Source: Vicinamibacterales bacterium (GTDB taxonomy: Bacteria > Acidobacteriota > Vicinamibacteria > Vicinamibacterales > UBA2999). Taken from it: 64,000 nucleotides of DNA. Of this stretch, positions 34,550-43,350 are shown piece by piece. Each line of letters begins with the position of its first letter. The first letter of the stretch is position 1. Location of the stretch: positions 104,242 to 168,241 of the forward strand of contig DATJJE010000021.1 of NCBI GenBank assembly GCA_035492455.1, written 5' to 3'. The notes under the pieces were generated by a model. The model saw only the letters and a program-made list of their open reading frames with translations, ran no database searches and was not told the DNA's origin. The translations under genes and the position numbers were made by a program.

Positions 34550-35394
34550 TTCTCCTGCTGCTTGCATTCGCGAGCCGGCCTGCGTTCGCGCAGGTCGATC
34601 TCACCGGCGAGTGGTCGCCGCGTGTCTACAACACGCACATGGACATCGGCGATTACACGGGCATCCCCATCAACGAGGCGGGACGGTTGCGGGCGGAGAG
34701 CTGGCATCCGGATCAACTCGACCTTCCCGAGAACCTGTGCCGTCCCCATCCGATCGACATCGGTCTGCGCGTCTCGGTCTCGCAGCTGCGCATTACGACG
34801 GAACTCGACGACCAGACGAAGCAGCCCGTCGGATTGCGCCTGCACGTCGCGTGGCAGGAGCCGGAGCAGGTGATTTACATGGACGGCCGTCCACATCCGT
34901 CAGCGAACGCGCCGCACAAGTGGTCGGGATTTTCAACGGGGCACTGGGAACGCAACACGCTCGTTTACACCACCACGCATCTGAAGGAGGCCTATCTCAC
35001 GCGCACCGGCGTGCCGAAGAGCGAGCGCTCGGAAGTAACGACGCGCGTGCATCGGTACGGAAATCTGCTGACGATCACCTTCATCATCGACGACCCGTTG
35101 TACCTCACGGCACCGTACATCCGCGAGTCGAGCTGGATTTTCGATCCGACACAGATCATTCCGCCGTTTCCGTGCGAGATCAGTCCCGACGGCACGATTA
35201 TCGGCGCCGGCAAAGTGCCCAGCTTCATGCCGGGCAAGAACGACATCCTCGCCGACTTCGCCACCGAATACGGCATTCCGCTCGAGAGCGCCCTTGGCGG
35301 CGAAGAGACCCTTTATCCCGAATACATCAAGAAGATGAAGACGATGAAGGTGGCGGCGCGCACATCCACAGAACACTATCGCCGAGCGCAGTGA
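34525..35394 (+). CDS. secreted hypothetical protein, W-E-G-x-T-L-V-V family paralog
   Basis: Signal peptide MPSKRTALILLLLAFASRPAFAQ, with VDLTGEW just after the predicted signal peptide. Other motifs are GRPHPS, STGHWERNTLVYTTTHL, AYLTRTGVPKSERSEVTTRVHRYGNLLTITFIIDDPLYLTAPY and PFPCE. Confidence 0.75.
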   Translation: MPSKRTALILLLLAFASRPAFAQVDLTGEWSPRVYNTHMDIGDYTGIPINEAGRLRAESWHPDQLDLPENLCRPHPIDIGLRVSVSQLRITTELDDQTKQPVGLRLHVAWQEPEQVIYMDGRPHPSANAPHKWSGFSTGHWERNTLVYTTTHLKEAYLTRTGVPKSERSEVTTRVHRYGNLLTITFIIDDPLYLTAPYIRESSWIFDPTQIIPPFPCEISPDGTIIGAGKVPSFMPGKNDILADFATEYGIPLESALGGEETLYPEYIKKMKTMKVAARTSTEHYRRAQ

Positions 35395-36206
35395 TGAAAA
35401 ACTTCTATTCGGTCGTTATCGCCGTCGCCATCGCCGGCGCCGCATGGCCGGTGCATGCTCAGGGTCAGGGCGAGATCACCCTGCTGGCTGTCGGTCCAAT
35501 GCGTGCTCCCACGCAGAAGATCGTCGACGCCTTCCAGGCAAAGAGCGGCCGCACGGTCAAGGTCACGTACGGCAATGGTGTGGAAACGCGACGCACCGTT
35601 GCCAAGGGTCAGCCGCTCGACGTGTCGCTGATCATCGCGCCGTTTCCCGGCGCGCTCACGTCGGGCAGCATCGTGCTCGAAAGCGCGACGCCAATTAACA
35701 CAATTCTCACGGCCATCGGCGTGCCAAAGGGGCGGCCGAAGCCCGACATCTCGACGCCGGATGCGGTGAAGAAGGCGCTGCTTGCGGCGAAGCGGATCGG
35801 TTATGAGGATCCCGACTTCACAGTCGCCGGACAGGGACCGTTGGAAGCGCTCACCAAGCTCGGGATCTTCGACCAGGTCGCTGGCAAGAGCGAGGTCGAA
35901 CTCGGACCCGGTGCGCAAGGCATCGCTCCCAATGTCACGCGCAACACGATCAAGACAGCGACGCGGCTCGCCAACGGCGACATCGATATCGGCATGTTGA
36001 TGCTCAGCGACATGCTTCCGGACAAAGACAAGTACGACGTCGTCGGGGTGTTGCCTCGAAGCCTTACTGCCCCCGTGCCCGTCGTCGGGTTCATCTCTAC
36101 GCATGCGAGCGATCCGGCCGGTGCGAAGGCGCTGCTTCAGTACCTCGCATCGCCTGAGGCACAGGCGATCTGGAAGGACGCTGGCTACGGCCCGCCCGAG
36201 CGCTGA
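35394..36206 (+). CDS. periplasmic substrate-binding protein (ModA/PBP2-like), orphan
   Basis: The ATG overlaps the preceding stop (TGATG). Signal peptide is MKNFYSVVIAVAIAGAAWPVHAQ. ITLLAVGPMRAPTQKIVDAFQAKSGRTVKVTYGNG resembles molybdate/anion-binding proteins. No permease or ATPase gene lies nearby. The track shows it as the tail of a 568-aa ORF (34500-36206) whose first 298 aa are a shadow frame. Confidence 0.6.
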   Translation: MKNFYSVVIAVAIAGAAWPVHAQGQGEITLLAVGPMRAPTQKIVDAFQAKSGRTVKVTYGNGVETRRTVAKGQPLDVSLIIAPFPGALTSGSIVLESATPINTILTAIGVPKGRPKPDISTPDAVKKALLAAKRIGYEDPDFTVAGQGPLEALTKLGIFDQVAGKSEVELGPGAQGIAPNVTRNTIKTATRLANGDIDIGMLMLSDMLPDKDKYDVVGVLPRSLTAPVPVVGFISTHASDPAGAKALLQYLASPEAQAIWKDAGYGPPER

Positions 36207-36212
36207 GACTGC

Positions 36213-36878
36213 ATGAAGAGGGGGTCCGCAGTCGTTCTCGCAGTATTCGTAGTCGGATGCGGCGCCAACGACAGCGTCATTCCATCCAATCCGACCGGCG
36301 CGATGACTTTCTTCGTCACGAGCGCGAAGAGCACGACGGGCGATCTCGGTGGCGTGCGCGGCGCCGATGCGAGGTGTCAGCAGCTGGCGGCAGCGGTCGG
36401 CGCAGGCGGCCACACGTGGCGCGCATATGTCAGCGCCGAGCACGATCCGGATAACGGCGGCGCATCCGTTGATGCGCGGAGCCGAATCGGCATCGGCCCC
36501 TGGCGCAATGCGAACGGCGTCCTCATCGCGAGAAATCTGAACGAACTCCATTCCCGCACAGGGGCCGCGGACCTCTTCATCGACGAAACGGGCCGGCGGA
36601 TCAACGGACAGTGGCCCGGGTCACCGGCGCCAGTAGAACACGACGTCCTCACCGGTTCGAACCCCGACGGCACGCTCATTCCCGGCAGGACCTGCAACGA
36701 CTGGACGTCGCAGTCGGCAGCGATCAGTGCACGAGTCGGACATACCGACGGGCTCGGTCCTGGCGGCAGCACGGCCGGAAGCTTGTCGTCGTGGAATTCG
36801 GCGCACGACAACCAAAGCTGCGCGAACACAGCGCCGCTCGGCGGCGCCGGCCGTCTATATTGCTTCGCGCGGAACTGA
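36213..36878 (+). CDS. putative lipoprotein, Cys-containing secreted domain (endostatin/C-type-lectin-like pattern, tentative)
   Basis: Lipobox VFVVGC near the N-terminus. Four further Cys residues lie in conserved-looking contexts (ADARCQQLA, RTCNDWTS, NQSCANT, RLYCFA). Confidence 0.55.
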   Translation: MKRGSAVVLAVFVVGCGANDSVIPSNPTGAMTFFVTSAKSTTGDLGGVRGADARCQQLAAAVGAGGHTWRAYVSAEHDPDNGGASVDARSRIGIGPWRNANGVLIARNLNELHSRTGAADLFIDETGRRINGQWPGSPAPVEHDVLTGSNPDGTLIPGRTCNDWTSQSAAISARVGHTDGLGPGGSTAGSLSSWNSAHDNQSCANTAPLGGAGRLYCFARN

Positions 36879-36903
36879 CAAACGGCGCTAGAATCGCGCC
36901 GCT

Positions 36904-38223
36904 ATGCCACACCAGACCTCTCGTCGCGCTCTCGAATCACTGGAAATCGCGGCCGGCAACGGTCTCCTCCATCGTCGAGCATTTCTAACGAGCGGCGCCG
37001 CGCTCGCGGCGGCGATGACCGGCTACACGCTCAGCGAGACTGCTTCCGCGCAGCAGCTGACCGATGCGCCATGGAGCACGAAGCCAGGCATTCCAATTCC
37101 GGAGTATGCGACGCCTTCGTCATACGAGAAGCACGTCGTGCGGACGCTCAGCAATCCGAAGGGGGAGCCGCGCACGCAGCACGCGCGCACACCGCACCAT
37201 CTGGTGAACGGTACGTTCACGCCCAACGGATTGCATTTCGTGATCTCCCACTCAGGTGCGCCCGACATCGATCCGGCGCAGCATCGCCTCGTCATCCACG
37301 GTCTGGTAAAGCAGCCGCTCGAGTTCACACTCGATACGCTGTCGCGCTACCCGATGCAGTCGCGCATGACCTTCGTCGAATGCGGCGGCAATAGCGCGCC
37401 GCTCTTTTCGAACCAGCCGGTACAGGCGAACGTGCAGACGCTGCACGGTCTCGCGTCGTGCGCCGAGTGGACGGGCGTGATGCTGTCGACGCTGCTCGAA
37501 GAAGCAGGCATCGATCCGAAAGCAAAATGGCTGATTGCCGAGGGCGCCGACTCGCTCGCGCTGAGCCGCAGTGTTCCCATCGGCAAAGCGCTCGACGACG
37601 CAATGGTGGCGCTGTACCAGAACGGTGAGCGGCTGATGCCCGGCAATGGATATCCGATGCGGCTGCTCCTTCCGGGCTGGGAAGGGAATATGAACGTCAA
37701 GTGGCTGCGCCGCATCAAGCTGACGGACCAGCCCGGCATGAGCTACTACGAGGCGCGCACCTATGCGCCGATTCTGCCGAATGGCAAGGCGTATCAGTTC
37801 TACTTCCTTCAGGAAGTGAAGTCGTTCATCACGCACCCGTCACCGGGATTGAAGATGAACGGCGCCGGCTTCTACGAAGTGTCAGGCGTGGCGTACTCGG
37901 CGAGCGGACGCATTGCCAAGGTGATGGTCAGCGCAGACGGCGGCAAAACGTGGGCGGAGGCCGCGCTGCAGGAGCCGGTGCTGCCGAAGGCGTTCACGCG
38001 ATTCAGGCTGCCGTGGAAATGGGACGGCGGGCCAGCAGTGCTGCAGAGCCGCGCGTGGGACGAGGCAGGCAACGTGCAGCCGACGCGCGCGGAGGTGATC
38101 GCGCGCCGCGGCCAGACGAAAACGCCTGTGACGAATCCGGTCGCTTTCCCAAGCCAGCATTACAACGGTCCGACATCCTGGGCCGTCGATCGCAGCGGAG
38201 AGGTGAAGCATGTGTATGCGTAA
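36904..38223 (+). CDS. sorA: sulfite dehydrogenase molybdopterin subunit (SorA-like)
   Basis: Tat-type leader (LLHRRAFLTSGAALAAAMTG). It has a sulfite-oxidase-family Moco domain with the Cys ligand context FVECGGNSAP. PGNGYPMRLLLPGWEGNMNVKWLRRI and a C-terminal dimerisation-type domain are also present. Confidence 0.8.
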   Translation: MPHQTSRRALESLEIAAGNGLLHRRAFLTSGAALAAAMTGYTLSETASAQQLTDAPWSTKPGIPIPEYATPSSYEKHVVRTLSNPKGEPRTQHARTPHHLVNGTFTPNGLHFVISHSGAPDIDPAQHRLVIHGLVKQPLEFTLDTLSRYPMQSRMTFVECGGNSAPLFSNQPVQANVQTLHGLASCAEWTGVMLSTLLEEAGIDPKAKWLIAEGADSLALSRSVPIGKALDDAMVALYQNGERLMPGNGYPMRLLLPGWEGNMNVKWLRRIKLTDQPGMSYYEARTYAPILPNGKAYQFYFLQEVKSFITHPSPGLKMNGAGFYEVSGVAYSASGRIAKVMVSADGGKTWAEAALQEPVLPKAFTRFRLPWKWDGGPAVLQSRAWDEAGNVQPTRAEVIARRGQTKTPVTNPVAFPSQHYNGPTSWAVDRSGEVKHVYA

Positions 38224-38731
38224 CGCGCTCGCTGCCGTCGCGCTGACGCTGTTCGCAAATTCTCTGTCGGCGCAGGGATTCGGCAAGCACATCGCGGAAT
38301 CCGATGTGGCCGCATGGGACATCAGCATTCTTCCGGACGGAACGGGACTGCCGCCCGGCAGCGGCACGCCTGATGAAGGGTCGAAAGTGTTCGCGACGAA
38401 GTGCGCCGTCTGCCACGGCGAAAACGGCAAGGGCGGAATCGCGGCAGCGGTCGTCGGCGGCGAACCGCTGACGTCGGGCATCGAAACGACGAAGACGATC
38501 GCCAACTTCTGGCCCTACGCGACGACCATCTTCGACTTCACGCGCCGGGCAATGCCGTGGCCGCGACCGCGTACCCTCACCAACGACGAGGTCTACGCGT
38601 TGACCGCGTTCATCCTGGCACAGAACAAAATCATCGGCGCCAGCGATGTGATGAACGCGCAGACGCTGCCGAAGGTGCGCATGCCGAACCGCGACGGCTT
38701 CATCCCGCGGTTCCCGGAACGTATTCCCTGA
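38210..38731 (+). CDS. sorB: c-type cytochrome subunit (SorB-like)
   Basis: Overlaps sorA by 14 nt. It has a signal peptide and a single heme motif, CAVCHGENGKGG, with a downstream Met-containing segment. Confidence 0.8.
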   Translation: MCMRNALAAVALTLFANSLSAQGFGKHIAESDVAAWDISILPDGTGLPPGSGTPDEGSKVFATKCAVCHGENGKGGIAAAVVGGEPLTSGIETTKTIANFWPYATTIFDFTRRAMPWPRPRTLTNDEVYALTAFILAQNKIIGASDVMNAQTLPKVRMPNRDGFIPRFPERIP

Positions 38732-38745
38732 GGGTGCGACGCGCG

Positions 38746-39180
38746 TCAGAAGGGAACGACTGCGCCTACACCAAAGCGAAACGCGTTGCCGCCGTCGCTT
38801 CCGCCCACGCGCAGGTAGCTTGCACCGACTCGCACCGCGAATGCATCGCTGACGTTGAAGTTCACGCCGCCGCCGGCATCGAACGCGAAATCGCTGTCTG
38901 ATTGGTGGGTATCGATCACGTCAATCGTCCGGCCTGCAATCGTAGCCTGCCCCTTGATGTTGCCGGCCGCACGTGCGAGACGGAACAGCGCCTGGGCATA
39001 AGGGGTGAGGGCCGGAACTTGCCTTGCGCTGACGCGCACGCCGCCAAGGAATGTGTGCACGTTGATATCGGCATCCACTCGCACGGTGGTGCCAAACTGC
39101 GTTTCGTTTTGGGTGAAGCTCTTGTAGTCATCGTCTGACTCTCTTCTCCAAACGCATTCGGCAGCGTCAGGAGTCGCCAT
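38746..39180 (-). CDS. outer-membrane beta-barrel protein fragment (no signal peptide; possibly N-terminally truncated)
   Basis: Alternating beta-strand pattern with the C-terminal ...FRFGVGAVVPF ending in Phe. The N-terminus MATPDAAECVWRRESDDDYK is not a signal peptide. Only 28 nt separate it from the upstream TetR stop. Confidence 0.5.
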   Translation of the reverse strand: MATPDAAECVWRRESDDDYKSFTQNETQFGTTVRVDADINVHTFLGGVRVSARQVPALTPYAQALFRLARAAGNIKGQATIAGRTIDVIDTHQSDSDFAFDAGGGVNFNVSDAFAVRVGASYLRVGGSDGGNAFRFGVGAVVPF

Positions 39181-39208
39181 CCGGCAGAGAATTCGGTGGT
39201 CTCATCCG

Positions 39209-39817
39209 CTACTCCTCTGCGCGAAATCCTCGAATGAGGATGGTGAGAGCGCGGCGCCACGCCTGTTTTTCCTTCCCCGCGGGAAGAATTGGCAGCGTGC
39301 GCCCGCGTAGTTCGGCGTTGGCAAGGCCTTCCATCATTGCTTCGACTGCAATGGTCGCCTCCTGCAGTGACGTGCGTCCCAGAAGGCCCGCCTGCTCAAT
39401 CCGATGCATCTTTCCCTGCAGCTGCGCGAACGCACGCTGACGGGCCGCGGTCACTTCGGGACCGGCGCGAAGTGCGGGGGCGACGCGCTGGAAGGCGATC
39501 CGATACAGGACGGGATGCTCGAGCGCGAGCCGTCGGAATACCGTGATCGCCACCTGCACCGCATCGCGAACCGGATCGTCCGTTTCCGGGAGCTTCGCAA
39601 TTTCCGTGTCGAGGAATTCAAAGGCGGTCTGCGCCAGCGCATCGACCAGTCCGTCCTTCGAACCGAAGGTGCTGTAGACGGCGCGCGTCGTGGTGTGCGC
39701 CGCATCGGCGACCGCGCGCACCGACAGCGCCGCAAGACCGTGCTCGGCGACGATGCGCTCGGCTTCGGCTCGCAGCGCTTCGCGTGTCGCCTCGTCGTGT
39801 TCTCGGGGTCGCCCCAC
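39209..39817 (-). CDS. TetR/AcrR family transcriptional regulator
   Basis: GTG start. The N-terminal HTH is AEHGLAALSVRAVADAAHTTTRAVYSTFGSKDGLVDAL. 202 aa. Confidence 0.9.
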   Translation of the reverse strand: MGRPREHDEATREALRAEAERIVAEHGLAALSVRAVADAAHTTTRAVYSTFGSKDGLVDALAQTAFEFLDTEIAKLPETDDPVRDAVQVAITVFRRLALEHPVLYRIAFQRVAPALRAGPEVTAARQRAFAQLQGKMHRIEQAGLLGRTSLQEATIAVEAMMEGLANAELRGRTLPILPAGKEKQAWRRALTILIRGFRAEE

Positions 39818-39851
39818 TTGACAGTCTTATTGAAACACTGTTACGTTACGT
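39818..39851. promoter_or_regulatory. divergent promoter/operator candidate between the TetR gene and the small ORF
   Basis: TTGACA sits at 39818-39823. Two adjacent odd palindromes follow: AACACTGTT (39834-39842) and ACGTTACGT (39843-39851). All lie in the 84-nt divergent intergenic region. Confidence 0.3.
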
Positions 39852-39901
39852 CGTCACAAAACCAGCCGGACGGCCATCCGGCCAGCCTCGGAGGTGCGGA
39901 G

Positions 39902-40198
39902 ATGTATGTCGTTGTCCAGCATCGATTCACGAACCCGCAAATCGCCTTCGCGCGTGGCGCAAAGCTTATCAGGAACGAAGGCGCTCCAACCGGAGTCCAG
40001 GGTCTCCAGTTCTATCCGAGCCGCGACGGGTCCGTAGCGACATGTCTATGGGAAGCGCCTTCCGTCGAATCGGTGCGGCGGTACGTAGATTCGACGCTCG
40101 GCGACGCGAGCGAGAATACCTGCTACGAGGTAGCGGCTGAACAAGCCTTCTCGCAGCAGCCTTCCGACATCCAGCAGCCAACAGCGTTCAGGCGCTGA
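39902..40198 (+). CDS. small hypothetical protein (DUF4242-like pattern, tentative)
   Basis: ATG 39902 follows GGAGGTG. The 98-aa product begins MYVVVQHRFTNPQIAF... and includes VATCLWEAPSVESVRRYVDSTLGD. The track embeds it in a longer shadow ORF (39404-40198). Confidence 0.55.
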   Translation: MYVVVQHRFTNPQIAFARGAKLIRNEGAPTGVQGLQFYPSRDGSVATCLWEAPSVESVRRYVDSTLGDASENTCYEVAAEQAFSQQPSDIQQPTAFRR

Positions 40199-40211
40199 AC
40201 CCTCCGCCGAC

Positions 40212-40239
40212 GAGGAGCGTCGGTCGTGTGACGCTCCTC
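40212..40239 (+). terminator. perfect 10-bp stem hairpin after the small ORF
   Basis: GAGGAGCGTC-ggtcgtgt-GACGCTCCTC, 14 nt after the stop at 40198. There is no T-tract. Confidence 0.4.
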
Positions 40240-40265
40240 ACATTCACATAAGATCCAGGCCCCAT

Positions 40266-41306
40266 ATGCACAGACGCACTCTTCTGACCGGTGCCGCAGG
40301 TTCGCTCGCTGCTGCCGCCATGTCCCCGCTCGCGCGCGCTGCGCAGGATCTTCCGCTCGGGCCGCTCCCGAACACGCGTTACCCTGACCCGCGCATCGAG
40401 GCCCTCGACCCGCGCTTCCACAAGATTGGCAACGCCGGCATCGAGCGCATCGCGACAGGATTCCGCTGGTGCGAGGGACCGGTCTACGTACGCGACGGCG
40501 GTTACCTGCTGTGGAGCGACATCCCGAACAACCGCATCATGCGGTGGACCGAAGACGACGGCCACGTCAGCGTGTTCCGATACCCGTCGAATAATTCCAA
40601 CGGCAACACGCGCGACCGCGAAGGCCGGCTGATCACGTGCGAACACGACACGCGGCGCCTGACGCGTACCGAGCACGACGCATCGATCACCGTGCTCATC
40701 GACAAGTTCGAGGGCAAGCCGCTGAACGCTCCGAACGACGTCGTCGTCTCGGCCGACGGCGCAATCTGGTTTACGGATCCGCTGTTCGGCAACCTTGGAA
40801 ACTACGAGGGGCATCCGATCAAGCCGGAGCTGCCCACACAGGTGTACCGGCTGGATCCGAAAACCCTGCGTGCGACCGTCGTCGCCACCGGCATGGGAGG
40901 CCCCGACGGTCTCGCTTTCTCGCCTGACGAATCGAAGCTCTACATCGTCGATACGGGCGTGCAGAGCTCGAGCGGACGCGACTCGAACGTGCGTGTCTAC
41001 GACGTGATGGGCGACAGGCTGACGAACGGACGTGTGTTCGTGCCGACGTTCGGCGCGGTGGGCCGGTCAGACGGCGTGCGGACGGACATGGACGGGAATG
41101 TCTGGATCACGCTGGGCAGCGGAGATGCAAATGAATCAGGCGTGCGGTGCTATGCGCCCGACGGGACGCTGATCGGCAAGATTCACATTCCGGAGACGTG
41201 CGCTAACCTCTGCTTCGGCGGCAGGAAGAAGAACCGGCTCTTCATCTGCGGCAGCACGTCGATCTATTCGTTGTTCATCGAACACGTCGGCGCGCAGGCA
41301 CCGTGA
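40266..41306 (+). CDS. SMP-30/gluconolactonase/LRE family protein, Tat-exported
   Basis: Leader MHRRTLLTGAAGSLAAAAMSPLARA. Motifs are CEGPVYVRDGGYLLWSDIPNNRIMRW, NGNTRDREGRLITCEH, NAPNDVVVSADGAIWFTDP and PDGLAFSPDESKLYIVDT. Confidence 0.9.
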   Translation: MHRRTLLTGAAGSLAAAAMSPLARAAQDLPLGPLPNTRYPDPRIEALDPRFHKIGNAGIERIATGFRWCEGPVYVRDGGYLLWSDIPNNRIMRWTEDDGHVSVFRYPSNNSNGNTRDREGRLITCEHDTRRLTRTEHDASITVLIDKFEGKPLNAPNDVVVSADGAIWFTDPLFGNLGNYEGHPIKPELPTQVYRLDPKTLRATVVATGMGGPDGLAFSPDESKLYIVDTGVQSSSGRDSNVRVYDVMGDRLTNGRVFVPTFGAVGRSDGVRTDMDGNVWITLGSGDANESGVRCYAPDGTLIGKIHIPETCANLCFGGRKKNRLFICGSTSIYSLFIEHVGAQAP

Positions 41307-41316
41307 ACTTCCAACT

Positions 41317-42459
41317 TTATTGGGCGCCAGCGGCCCCGCCCGCCCCGCTGATCGGCAGCCCCTTGTCGATCAATTCCTTCTCGCGGATCTGTGCGCCGCG
41401 GACGACGTTGAACAGGCCGTAGTTCGACTCGTGGCACGCGAACTCGAAGATCCCCGGCTGCTCGCGCGGTATGAAGGTCTCGACCGACCACGGCCGCGTC
41501 CAGGTGTGCGGATCCTCGAGTGTGTACTCGTACTTGATCGTCGTCGGATTGACGAGCGTGAAGCGCTCGGTCATCTTCAGATTTTCCGTCGAGCCCTGAA
41601 AGTTCGTTGCCGGCGTCTTGTCGTTGAAGTTCGCCGTCTCGACCACGAGCGTGTTGCCTTCCCAGTGCCCGCGTGAGATGCCGAGCCAGGTGCGCACGTT
41701 CGCCGGAGGCATTGGCGTCGGCCGCAACGGAATGATCCGCACGTCGGAATTCGATTGCGTGATGATCGCCGCATACCCCGGCGACTGCAGGATCTGAATG
41801 TCGGCGGTGACGCCCGCTTCGCTGCCGGTCGTGTTCACCGGATCGGGATTTCCGCCCCGCACAAGCGGGCCGCCGGCGGCGTTGCCGGTGATGCAGCGCG
41901 TATAGGTACTGGCCAGCGTCCGCACGGCCACCTCGGGCGCGCGGAGACGCGCGGCAGCCGCGCGATCGGCGCGACGCTTCTGTCCCTCGGCCGACAGCGG
42001 AGGAATGCGTCCGTCGGGCGGATCGACGATCAGCGACGTGCGAAGCGACGGTCGAATCGGGCTCTGCCACCCGTCCATGCCGTACTCCTTCCAGTCGTAG
42101 TGCACGTTGCGCGGATCGACCTCCGCGTCCTGTCCGATGACTCGGGCAAGCTCCGCGATCGCCTCGTCTTCTGTGAAGAATGCCTTGTCTTTCAGCCGCT
42201 CCGGCCGCTGCAGCGGCGTATACGTGGCGACCAGATACGTTCCGCTGATGTCGGGGTCGCCCCACGCTGTTTTCTTGGGCGCGAAGTTTTCGAGAGGCTT
42301 GGCTTGCTTGAACGCGGCTGCCGCCGCCTTGATGGCAGCCTGCGGGTCGGTGATCTTCTGGTCGACCTTGCCGCCCGATTGCGTGTGGACGATCGCGGTC
42401 CACGACGCGATGATGACGAGGGTGACCATGACCACCGCGATGCGAACTGGCCGAGTCAT
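41317..42459 (-). CDS. secreted hypothetical protein, W-E-G-x-T-L-V-V family (long subtype)
   Basis: Strong RBS AGGAGG with an N-terminal anchor/signal. Motifs are WGDPDISGTY, TSLIVDPPDGRIPPLS, RIIPL, SRGHWEGNTLVVETANFNDKT, LEDPHTWTRPW and CHESNYGL. Confidence 0.8.
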   Translation of the reverse strand: MTRPVRIAVVMVTLVIIASWTAIVHTQSGGKVDQKITDPQAAIKAAAAAFKQAKPLENFAPKKTAWGDPDISGTYLVATYTPLQRPERLKDKAFFTEDEAIAELARVIGQDAEVDPRNVHYDWKEYGMDGWQSPIRPSLRTSLIVDPPDGRIPPLSAEGQKRRADRAAAARLRAPEVAVRTLASTYTRCITGNAAGGPLVRGGNPDPVNTTGSEAGVTADIQILQSPGYAAIITQSNSDVRIIPLRPTPMPPANVRTWLGISRGHWEGNTLVVETANFNDKTPATNFQGSTENLKMTERFTLVNPTTIKYEYTLEDPHTWTRPWSVETFIPREQPGIFEFACHESNYGLFNVVRGAQIREKELIDKGLPISGAGGAAGAQ

Positions 42460-42507
42460 GTGACCACCTCCTGGATGTGGCCGGCTATTGTCCTCCCAAA
42501 CGGGGAG

Positions 42508-43350
42508 CTAGTGCTTGGTTTTTTCGTCGAGGCTCGTCAGGTTGTCGAAATCCGTCTCGACGCACGGCGGATTTTCGATGATGCGCTCGTTGGTCTTCAC
42601 CGATACCCACGGATTCATCGTCCACGGGCGGGTAAAGATCTCCGGATCCTCGACCGTCGCCTGATAGTGCAGCGTGTCGCCGACTCGCGAGATCCGCTCT
42701 ACGACCTTCATCTTGTCGCTGTGGAACCAGCCGTAGATACCGATCCACGTTTCATCGATGAAACCGACGGTTTCCACGACGAGGGTGTTGCCTTCCCACC
42801 GTCCGATGGAGTCGCCGTTGTACATGTTGCCGATCGACAGCGCGATGTCGTCGTGCTCGCGGGTATCGGTCGGCACCTGACGGAAGCTGTTGCCCGCGCC
42901 GAGCTGATACAGGAAGACGATGGGCATCCCAGGCGCCTGCAGGATCGCGTGCGGCGGGCCGATGCGCGGCACGCCGCCCGGCTTGCAGAAGAATGCCGTG
43001 TCGGTCTTGCTCTCGGTCCTGGCGAGCTCCTCGACCTTGGCCTTCAGCTCCGGCTTGTAGGGCGGCTGATTGGGATCCGCGTACGCTTCTTTCGCATTTC
43101 GCCAGTCGCCGCGCTTGATGAATGGGTTGCGCTGCCCGAACTCGCTGTTGACGGGCGTGTCCGGCCCGCGACTGATCGCCCAGTAGCCGTTCAGGTCGGG
43201 ATGTCCATCCGCCAGCTTCGGCGTCGGCTTCTTCGACGGGTCAGCGGCGGCAGCCGCGGCCGGCGCCGGCTGCTGTCGTTGCGGCTGAGCCGCAACGGGA
43301 GTGAGGGCCGCGGCAATCAGGACGAGCGTGAGCAGTTTCATGCGCCACAT
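42508..43350 (-). CDS. secreted hypothetical protein, W-E-G-x-T-L-V-V family (short subtype)
   Basis: Signal peptide (KLLTLVLIAAALTPVAAQ). Motifs are DGHPDLNGYW, FCKPGGVPR, SIGRWEGNTLVVETVGFIDETW, KVVERISRVGDTLHYQATVEDPEIFTRPW and PPCVE. Confidence 0.8.
   Translation of the reverse strand: MWRMKLLTLVLIAAALTPVAAQPQRQQPAPAAAAAADPSKKPTPKLADGHPDLNGYWAISRGPDTPVNSEFGQRNPFIKRGDWRNAKEAYADPNQPPYKPELKAKVEELARTESKTDTAFFCKPGGVPRIGPPHAILQAPGMPIVFLYQLGAGNSFRQVPTDTREHDDIALSIGNMYNGDSIGRWEGNTLVVETVGFIDETWIGIYGWFHSDKMKVVERISRVGDTLHYQATVEDPEIFTRPWTMNPWVSVKTNERIIENPPCVETDFDNLTSLDEKTKH

Noticed and set aside
34500-35393. N-terminal 298 aa of the 568-aa track ORF 34500-36206
   Set aside because: It is an out-of-frame overlap with 34525-35394, which has a signal peptide and family motifs. 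Only the part from ATG 35394 (own signal peptide, TGATG coupling) looks real.
35376-36551. 391-aa minus-strand ORF
   Set aside because: It is antisense to the binding-protein and lipoprotein genes, and its composition is Arg/Ala-rich.
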